Origin: Gammaproteobacteria bacterium
GTDB lineage: Bacteria; Pseudomonadota; Gammaproteobacteria; Arenicellales; JAANXG01
Length of the DNA stretch: 64,000 nt
NCBI GenBank assembly: GCA_024638505.1
Contig: JAHEKE010000006.1
Location: 35,902-99,901, forward strand
Direction: 5' to 3'
Shown: positions 19,919-26,979 of the stretch, in pieces
Position numbering within the stretch: position 1 is the first letter of the stretch
Layout of the letters: each line of letters starts with the position of its first letter
Notes under the pieces: generated by a model
What the model saw: only the letters and a program-made list of their open reading frames with translations
The model's database searches: none
Told to the model about the DNA's origin: nothing
Position numbers and translations under genes: made by a program

Positions 19919-20284
19919 ATGACTTATCGAGTTTTAGCAGACTTAGTTGTGGTAATTCATTTTGTTTTCATTGTGTATGCGATATTTGGTGGATTGCTGG
20001 TACTTAAATGGAAGTGGACCGTATTTTTACATATTCCGGTTGTTGTCTGGGGCATTCTGCTAGAAACGTTCGGCTGGATCTGTCCTTTGACCCCTCTGGA
20101 AAATGAGCTTCGCCAGGCCGCAAATGTTGCCGGCTACCAGGGCGGTTTCATAGATAACTATTTGTTACCCGTGGTTTACCCGGAAAATCTGACCCGGCTG
20201 ATACAATGGTTATTGGGTGCGGCGCTGCTGCTGTGCAATATCGTTGTTTACGCTCTGGTCATGCATCGGATAAAAGGCAGGTGA
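19919..20284 (+). CDS. DUF2784-like membrane protein
   Basis: Hydrophobic helices plus a W.CPLT.LE..LR motif, recalled from DUF2784. Start moved to the ATG at 19919 (MTYRVLADL...). Confidence 0.6.
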   Translation: MTYRVLADLVVVIHFVFIVYAIFGGLLVLKWKWTVFLHIPVVVWGILLETFGWICPLTPLENELRQAANVAGYQGGFIDNYLLPVVYPENLTRLIQWLLGAALLLCNIVVYALVMHRIKGR

Positions 20285-20457
20285 CAGAGTTGCTATTGAA
20301 AAAAAAGAATAAACCGTCTTTTATATAATCTGTAGAAGTATTGCTGCGCAGTCGTCAGGAAACAAAACAAGGCCTGAGTGGTCAAAAAATCAGGCGGGGC
20401 GTGAATTCCAAAATCGGCTTATTTTCAGTGGTTTTGGTCAAAAATGGTCGTAGCGAA

Positions 20458-20476
20458 GGGTGTAAAAATTACACCC
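20458..20476 (+). promoter_or_regulatory. Inverted repeat GGGTGTA-aaaat-TACACCC upstream of the 306-aa orphan gene
   Basis: Perfect 7-bp arms (8 bp if A20465:T20469 pairs), 44 nt upstream of the ATG at 20520. No U-tract follows. Confidence 0.4.
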
Positions 20477-20519
20477 TGAATACTACAATACGCGCCGAAT
20501 CAAATCGCAAATTGGGAAA

Positions 20520-21440
20520 ATGCAGCTGAAAGAATCACTGCCGGAGAATGCCAACGGGGATATTAAAGATATCAACGGGAAGGTATGCATTTTCTATGAC
20601 GGCTACTGGATACGCTACTACGCGCCGGTCGAAGATAATTTGGTAAATAAAAAAAACCTTATTGAGAGCTTAACACGGCGTACCTTTCACCATACCGAAC
20701 CCGGGATAAATACGCCGGGTGAAAAACTGGACATGGCGCGCGCCGCCTATGACAAGGAGACGGACTTAAAAAGAAAAAGGGTAAACGGCGCCATGCTGGC
20801 GGGCGCCCTGTTTAACCGGGCAACGGATATCTTCACGCTTGTGGTGGAACTTGCTGAGAAAGGAGTGCACATCAGTGATCAAAACGAGCTGATGCGCGAG
20901 TGCGGTGAGTGTTTTAAGGAAGCACTTAACCTAGGTAAGAGTGTCAGGCATTACAGCGGTGAAGAGGGAATCGATGAACTCTGGGGTGAACCGCTTAAAG
21001 CGTTCACTATGCCCATCGCGAAGTTTTATGAGAGCCGCTATATAAAAATCGCGCAAACGATGCGCGACATCGACCTGATATCCGAGCATATGATCAACAC
21101 GTTTCATCACGAGCCGCCGTTTGAGGGGTTGGGCAATTTGATCAGAGAGCTGGCGGAAGCGGCCAAGATGGAAGCGGAAACCATGCGCAGTGATCAGGTC
21201 ATCTTTTGCATTTGGCCCCGGTTTGTTGCGGCCGGTGAGGATGTGGAGGGATTTGTGCCGATCCTGCCGGACGTCGTGAATGAGGATCTGCGTCGTCATA
21301 TAGTAGATGGTGTGCGTCTTATCAAAGACGGGAAGGACTTGCTGACCTATCTCTCCGGCGTTCGCGTTCCCATGCCGAGAACCACGCAGGCATTTCTCCA
21401 ACGTTGCAAGGATTACGCTCAAACAAACATTAAACACTGA
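20520..21440 (+). CDS. Hypothetical protein (306 aa), no family recognised
   Basis: Long ORF with ordinary soluble-protein composition. The antisense ORF 20931..21470 has the Arg/His-rich composition typical of shadow ORFs. Confidence 0.6.
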   Translation: MQLKESLPENANGDIKDINGKVCIFYDGYWIRYYAPVEDNLVNKKNLIESLTRRTFHHTEPGINTPGEKLDMARAAYDKETDLKRKRVNGAMLAGALFNRATDIFTLVVELAEKGVHISDQNELMRECGECFKEALNLGKSVRHYSGEEGIDELWGEPLKAFTMPIAKFYESRYIKIAQTMRDIDLISEHMINTFHHEPPFEGLGNLIRELAEAAKMEAETMRSDQVIFCIWPRFVAAGEDVEGFVPILPDVVNEDLRRHIVDGVRLIKDGKDLLTYLSGVRVPMPRTTQAFLQRCKDYAQTNIKH

Positions 21441-21666
21441 CCGCTTTATAAATGGCCCTTCCTTGACCACGCGTTGCCTTAAAGTCTGTTACTGTTAAAC
21501 CAGATTATTGTCTAACACCTGAGTCGATCCTGTTAAGGGCGCAGCGTGTGAGCCCTGATTCCGCGCAGGCATTTTTTGAAACAAAAAAGGCAGTTAGGCT
21601 GTCTTATTATTCTGCAATAAGTGCGCCTTCAATCACAGCTGGCAGCAGCAATGCGCGAGTGCTAGC

Positions 21667-21702
21667 TTCAGGTTGCCGATATCTACACTATAATTAGTGT
21701 AG
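21667..21702 (+). promoter_or_regulatory. Putative sigma-70 promoter overlapped by a perfect 8-4-8 palindrome (operator candidate)
   Basis: TTCAGG (21667-21672), 16 nt, then TATAAT (21689-21694). The palindrome CTACACTA-taat-TAGTGTAG (21683-21702) is centred on the -10 box and lies 45 nt upstream of the GTG at 21747. Confidence 0.5.
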
Positions 21703-21746
21703 TACGTGAGGAACCTCAACACTGTCTGAATAGCGGGGACTGGTGC

Positions 21747-22367
21747 GTGATGAGAGTAAATGAGTTAGTCGAAACCCAAGATGTAAGGGGCTTCTTTCAT
21801 GAAGCGGTTACTGATTTAGTAGATGAACGCAAGATAAGCGTTGCCGATGAGACTATTGTTTATGTTGCGAACATGCTTGCTGTTTTCATTCGTACGGATC
21901 GATTGTACGAATGGACGCCGCAGGGACCCACGTTAACCCCCCTCGCTATGCTTTATGGTGAGGTTCTACAGGCGACATCGAATAAACAAAAACGACAAAT
22001 GCTGCAGCGACTGGGAGATGTGGCATTGTTCGTGTCCGGCATATTTGGCGAGAGCTTTAGCCGAAAAACTTACGATGTTGATTATTATATCGGCATGGGT
22101 GGAGCGGCTTATGGCTCATTGTCGGAGTGCCTGGGCAGTCAGGCGCAGGAACTAATGAGCGCCCGGATATTTGCCGAGTTATCGAAGTTCTTCTCGGATT
22201 TCGTGCAGGTATTGACCGACCTGTACGAGCATTCGGAGGTAAAAGATGACCGGGATATCTTGAAGTACTATGAGCTGTGGATGCGGACGAGGAGTCAGCG
22301 TGCTGCCAAGAAGTTGCGCTCGGTTGGAATCGATGTGATCAATTTACAAAGTCCCACTCGCCACTAA
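21747..22367 (+). CDS. Hypothetical protein (206 aa), no family recognised
   Basis: GTG at 21747 is immediately followed by an ATG at 21750, and either could be the start. Helical, with a basic C-terminus (RTRSQRAAKKLRS). Confidence 0.6.
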   Translation: MMRVNELVETQDVRGFFHEAVTDLVDERKISVADETIVYVANMLAVFIRTDRLYEWTPQGPTLTPLAMLYGEVLQATSNKQKRQMLQRLGDVALFVSGIFGESFSRKTYDVDYYIGMGGAAYGSLSECLGSQAQELMSARIFAELSKFFSDFVQVLTDLYEHSEVKDDRDILKYYELWMRTRSQRAAKKLRSVGIDVINLQSPTRH

Positions 22368-22371
22368 GACG

Positions 22372-23013
22372 ATGCAGTTGAAGGCACTCCAGGGCAGGCT
22401 TGAGTCAATATATGAGGTCGAGCTAGAACATTGTATTGATGATTTTTTGATCACCGACCAGGAGTTCGTCACAACGGTAACAGGTTCAGAGCGGACCATT
22501 CGCGAGCAGGTTCTGGTGCAGAAAGAGGGAATGGACGTCTGGTTAAGCCTGTACTTGGATTTCGATGTTTATTCTAGATTTAGGCAGTATGGCGCCAGCG
22601 ATTCAATCGGTGATAACCAGGCCATGGATTTTTGTCTGGCCGCTGAGGGGGTGAGTCACTTCCTGTATTTATGCTGGAACGCAAACTTTGAGCGTGAGGT
22701 CACCAAACTGGAACTGGAATTGCAGGCGGAGGTTGATAAGTATCTTTTGCTCCTGGACTATGTGGCAGAGGAATCGAGAACGCATCTGCATCCATGGCTT
22801 TTTCAATGTTGGGATTTTGATGAGGGGCTGAACGAGGAAGAGCAGAATCGCTATGAAAAAGCGAACCAGTATGCGAGCCGCTACTGCTTGGGATTGGAGC
22901 AGCGCTACCTGCGAATCGGAAAAACGCAAGAGATGGTCAGAGAGTTAAGGCGGTTCTACCGGAAGTCTCATGCCCAGAAGATACAGATGATTGAGGCTTT
23001 GCCTGCGCACTAA
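22372..23013 (+). CDS. Hypothetical acidic protein (213 aa), no family recognised
   Basis: The ATG lies 4 nt after the upstream TAA with no independent SD, suggesting translational coupling. Confidence 0.6.
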   Translation: MQLKALQGRLESIYEVELEHCIDDFLITDQEFVTTVTGSERTIREQVLVQKEGMDVWLSLYLDFDVYSRFRQYGASDSIGDNQAMDFCLAAEGVSHFLYLCWNANFEREVTKLELELQAEVDKYLLLLDYVAEESRTHLHPWLFQCWDFDEGLNEEEQNRYEKANQYASRYCLGLEQRYLRIGKTQEMVRELRRFYRKSHAQKIQMIEALPAH

Positions 23014-23223
23014 GTTGTTCCGCCGGCTGGGTTGATGCCAGCAATGCCCTTCCGCCCCGTGTATCTCTTCGCGACCAGCGCCATTCTTGCTTGCCCGCTA
23101 CAATCATTACACAGATTTAATCCTTCCGTCATACTCAGGTAATCGCATTCATAATACATTGTCTCCGCAAAACGGGGCGCCGCAGGTGGCGTCCAAGCTT
23201 ATAACTGATATCGGAGAATTGAC

Positions 23224-24729
23224 ATGGCTATTAACATCAAAACGTCACGGCTGCGTGAGCGTTTGATTGTGCTGACCGCAATTGTTGCCATCGTGGGCGG
23301 CATCGTCGGTACGATGACGTTCACCCCGGTTTTGGCAAAAACGGAGCCTGCGCACTCGAAAGCTGTTGCGGTCGAACGCGCCAGCTTCGCAGATCTTATC
23401 GAAGCGGTCAGCCCTGCTGTTGTCGCCGTTTCTACCAGCGGAAAGGCCCCATCGGGGCAACGACTCACGCCGGATTTCCAGCTGCCGCCCGGATCTCCTT
23501 TTGAAGAGTTTTTTGAACGGTTTTTTGGCGGACCGGATTTCCACGGAGGCCAAGGCAACATGCCGCCGAGGAAATTCAGAGCGCAAGGATCCGGATTTAT
23601 TATCGACCCTGCTGGCACGGTAATTACCAACCATCACGTCATTAAAGGCGCCGAGGAAATTACTGTCATTACTGATTCTGGAGAGGAGTATCAGGCAGAA
23701 CTGAAAGGTTACGATCAAAAGACTGATCTGGCCGTGCTGCAGATCGATACCGATGAACCATTGCCTTACGTCGAGTTCGGCGAGTCCGATTCAGCCCGGG
23801 TAGGTGACTGGGTAATCGCAATTGGTAATCCGTTTGGATTAGGTGGTACCGCAACAACCGGCATCATTTCTGCTCGTGGTCGCGATATCAATGCCGGCCC
23901 GCTTGATGACTTTCTACAGATTGACGCGCCCATCAACAGGGGTAACTCAGGAGGCCCGCTGTTTGATGCGAATGGCAAGGTGATAGGTGTAAACACCGCT
24001 ATCTTTACGCCAAACGGAGGTAACGTAGGCATAGGTTTTGCCATTCCATCCAGCATGGCCTCTAACGTAATAGATCAGCTTATGGCTAAAGGATACGTCG
24101 ATCGCGGCTGGCTGGGCGTGCAGATCCAGGGCCTTACACCTGATCTTGCCGAAAGTCTGGGCTTACCGGCGGAGAATGGCGCCCTGATTGCTAGCGTTGT
24201 CGCGGACAGCCCCGCTGAAAAAGCCGGGCTGCAGGCCGGCGACGTTATCTTGAAGTTTAACGGCATCAGTATCGACAAATTGCGCGACCTGCCGCGGGTG
24301 GTGGCCGAAACCCGCGCTGATAGTGAAGTTGAGGTTGAAATATGGCGTGATGGGCGAAGCCGCGACCTGGTGGTAACGGTTGGCGAGAGTCAGAGCGAAG
24401 AACCCTTACAGCTTGCAGCTGGCGATAAGCCATCGCAGAAGAGGTTGGGACTGGTGCTGGCAGAGCTCGATGAGAATACCCGAAGTCAATATCGGGTCGG
24501 CCAGAACACCGACGGCGTGCTCGTGATTCAGGTGGCGCCGAACAGCCCGGCCGCGGAGAAAGGTCTTCGCCCCGGTGACGTGATCAAGAAGGTCGGTAAC
24601 TCGGCCGTTTCTAAGCCAAGCGAGGTCATCGCTGAAGTTAAAAAGGCCAGCGCACAGGACCGGAAGTCGGTGCTGCTGTTGGTGGAAAGAAATGGAAGCG
24701 ATCGCTTCGTCGCGGTAGGGATCGCGTAA
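23224..24729 (+). CDS. degP: Periplasmic HtrA/Do-family serine endoprotease with two PDZ domains
   Basis: Signal/TM anchor. Triad contexts TNHHV, DLAVLQI and GNSGGPLF, followed by two PDZ-like repeats. SD GGAGAA 7 nt upstream. Confidence 0.93.
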   Translation: MAINIKTSRLRERLIVLTAIVAIVGGIVGTMTFTPVLAKTEPAHSKAVAVERASFADLIEAVSPAVVAVSTSGKAPSGQRLTPDFQLPPGSPFEEFFERFFGGPDFHGGQGNMPPRKFRAQGSGFIIDPAGTVITNHHVIKGAEEITVITDSGEEYQAELKGYDQKTDLAVLQIDTDEPLPYVEFGESDSARVGDWVIAIGNPFGLGGTATTGIISARGRDINAGPLDDFLQIDAPINRGNSGGPLFDANGKVIGVNTAIFTPNGGNVGIGFAIPSSMASNVIDQLMAKGYVDRGWLGVQIQGLTPDLAESLGLPAENGALIASVVADSPAEKAGLQAGDVILKFNGISIDKLRDLPRVVAETRADSEVEVEIWRDGRSRDLVVTVGESQSEEPLQLAAGDKPSQKRLGLVLAELDENTRSQYRVGQNTDGVLVIQVAPNSPAAEKGLRPGDVIKKVGNSAVSKPSEVIAEVKKASAQDRKSVLLLVERNGSDRFVAVGIA

Positions 24730-24739
24730 CATCGACAAA

Positions 24740-24766
24740 GGAGCAGGATCGCGCAGATCCTGCTCC
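24740..24766 (+). other. Perfect 11-bp stem-loop between degP and the response regulator gene
   Basis: GGAGCAGGATC-gcgca-GATCCTGCTCC, 11 nt after the degP stop. No following T-tract. Confidence 0.6.
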
Positions 24767-24843
24767 GCTGGCATTGACATTCAGTCAAGGGCGACAGCGG
24801 GCTGGGTTATAATCTGCGTCCCGCATAAATACCATACTCCACA

Positions 24844-25515
24844 ATGCGTATTCTCGTTGTAGAAGACGATCTAGAGACCGCGTCGTATATTAAGAAAGGA
24901 CTGGAGGAGGCCGGGCACGTGGTCGATCACGCTGATGATGGTAAGCAAGGCCTGCTACTGGCGACCACCGAGGAGTATGACGTTCTCATTATTGATCGGA
25001 TGCTGCCGTATGTTGACGGTCTCACTGTAGTGCAAACCATGCGGGCTTCCGATATCAATTCTCCAGTTTTAATCTTGAGTGCACTGGGTGAAGTGGATGA
25101 TCGTGTGCAGGGACTTAAATCCGGAGGCGATGATTACCTGGTCAAACCGTTCGCATTCTCTGAACTGTTGGCAAGGCTGGAAGCGTTGGTGCGGCGCGTC
25201 GAGATTGAAGCCCCGACGACGAAACTTCAGGTGGGTGACCTCGAAATGGATTTGCTGGGGCGTGAAGTGAGGCGTGCCGGCAAGGTGCTTGATCTTCAGC
25301 CGCGGGAATTTCGATTGCTTGAATATCTGATGCGGCATCATAATCAGGTGGTTACGCGAACTATGTTGCTGGAGAAAGTTTGGGATTATCATTTTGACCC
25401 GCAAACCAATATTATTGACGTTCACATCAGCCGGCTTCGGGGGAAAATAGACAAAGGCTTTGATAAAGCTCTTTTACACACGGTGCGTGGATCAGGTTAT
25501 GTTTTGCGGGGATGA
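24844..25515 (+). CDS. OmpR/PhoB-family response regulator
   Basis: Receiver domain (DVLIIDRMLP phospho-Asp context, KPF) plus a winged-helix C-terminus (LLHTVRGSGYVLR). Confidence 0.93.
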   Translation: MRILVVEDDLETASYIKKGLEEAGHVVDHADDGKQGLLLATTEEYDVLIIDRMLPYVDGLTVVQTMRASDINSPVLILSALGEVDDRVQGLKSGGDDYLVKPFAFSELLARLEALVRRVEIEAPTTKLQVGDLEMDLLGREVRRAGKVLDLQPREFRLLEYLMRHHNQVVTRTMLLEKVWDYHFDPQTNIIDVHISRLRGKIDKGFDKALLHTVRGSGYVLRG

Positions 25516-25575
25516 CCCATATCAAACTTTCTGCCGATACGTTGTAGCGAGTATCGCGCCGTAAACACGAAAGTT

Positions 25576-26961
25576 GTGGATGGTCTAACAAGGCTGCTGG
25601 CGAGCTCTACGTTTCGTCTTGCCCTGGTTTACATGGCTTTGTTCGTGGTGTCAGCGTTGGCTCTGCTGTTGTTTATCTACTGGTCAACCACAGCGTCAAT
25701 GCGCCAGCAGACCGACGAAACTATCGCGGCCGAAATCCGGGGTTTGGCGGAGCGCTATGATTCCGACGGATTGCCGGGGTTGACCGCGCAGATAGCAGAT
25801 CGATTGCAGCGACAGCAACCGGGAGACTCCTCGCTCTATCTGCTTGCAGACAGACGGTTGCAGCCCATAGTCGGCAACCTCAGCGGTTGGCCCAAGCAGC
25901 CGGCGGATGAGTCTGGTTGGCTGCACTTTAGGTTGGGTGATGATGCCGGCGGCAAGGTGCACATGGCGCGCGCGCGGCTGCTTAAAGTACGCGGCAGATT
26001 TAATTTGCTGGTGGGTAGAAATATGTCTGAGTTCGAACAGACCCGCCGGCGGATCGTGAATACGCTAGTCTGGGGCGGCCTGATCATGCTCGGATTTGCG
26101 TTGCTGGGCGGCGTAATGATGAATCGCAGCGTGACCGGGAAAATCGATACGATCAACCGAGCCAGTAAAGAGATTATGGCAGGGAATTTGACCAGGCGCA
26201 TTCCATCGAGACACAGCGGGGATGAGTTTGATCAGCTGTCCGACAATCTCAATCATATGTTGGACCAGATAGAACTGCTGATGGATGGTGTGCGCAGAGT
26301 ATCGGACAATATCGCCCATGATCTGCGCACGCCGCTTGCGCGGTTGCGCCATCGACTGGAGGCGGCAGCCCGGCAGTCTGCCGGCAATGAACAGCAGCGT
26401 ATGGATCTGATAGACAGGGCGATACAGGAAGCGGATGGTCTGTTAAAGACTTTCAATGCCTTGCTGCGAATCGCCCGCATCGAGTCGGATACTTTGCAGG
26501 CCAGCTTCGTTGAGGTAGATCTCGGCCAGCTGTTACGCGACGTCGCAGATTTGTATGAGCCCGTGGCGGAAGAAAAGAATCAAACTCTGGCGATTAGTGG
26601 AGACAGATCGGTGTTTATAAGGGGCGATCGCGATCTACTGTTCCAGGCTTTGGCAAACTTGTTTGATAACGCGATTAAGTTCAGCCCGAAGTCAAGTAGC
26701 ATTCGCGCCAGTTTGAGTCGGACGGAACTGGTGTTATGCGATTCCGGGCCGGGAATAAAAAGAACAGAGCGTGACCGGGTTTTTCACAGATTTTACCGCG
26801 CTGATGCAAGCCGAAGCACGGCGGGCAGCGGCCTGGGGTTGAGCTTAGTCAAGGCTGTGGCGACTCTGCATAAGGTAAACATAGAGTTGCTGGACAACAG
26901 TCCCGGCCTTTGCGTGGTATTAAAGTGGCGCGAGCAGAAAGCGGGGGGCGCTTCACGCTGA
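25576..26961 (+). CDS. Sensor histidine kinase (2 TM, HAMP, HisKA, HATPase_c)
   Basis: GTG start. H-box SDNIAHDLRTPLA, N-box LFDNAIKF, and G-boxes DSGPGI and GSGLGLSLV. Confidence 0.9.
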   Translation: MDGLTRLLASSTFRLALVYMALFVVSALALLLFIYWSTTASMRQQTDETIAAEIRGLAERYDSDGLPGLTAQIADRLQRQQPGDSSLYLLADRRLQPIVGNLSGWPKQPADESGWLHFRLGDDAGGKVHMARARLLKVRGRFNLLVGRNMSEFEQTRRRIVNTLVWGGLIMLGFALLGGVMMNRSVTGKIDTINRASKEIMAGNLTRRIPSRHSGDEFDQLSDNLNHMLDQIELLMDGVRRVSDNIAHDLRTPLARLRHRLEAAARQSAGNEQQRMDLIDRAIQEADGLLKTFNALLRIARIESDTLQASFVEVDLGQLLRDVADLYEPVAEEKNQTLAISGDRSVFIRGDRDLLFQALANLFDNAIKFSPKSSSIRASLSRTELVLCDSGPGIKRTERDRVFHRFYRADASRSTAGSGLGLSLVKAVATLHKVNIELLDNSPGLCVVLKWREQKAGGASR

Positions 26962-26979
26962 CTCCGTTGTGCGCTATCG

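Noticed and set aside
23036-23143. Short hydrophobic ORF (about 35 aa, MPAMPFRPVYLFATSAILACPL...) in the degP upstream region
   Set aside because: No SD and no supporting signal. It is indistinguishable from chance.
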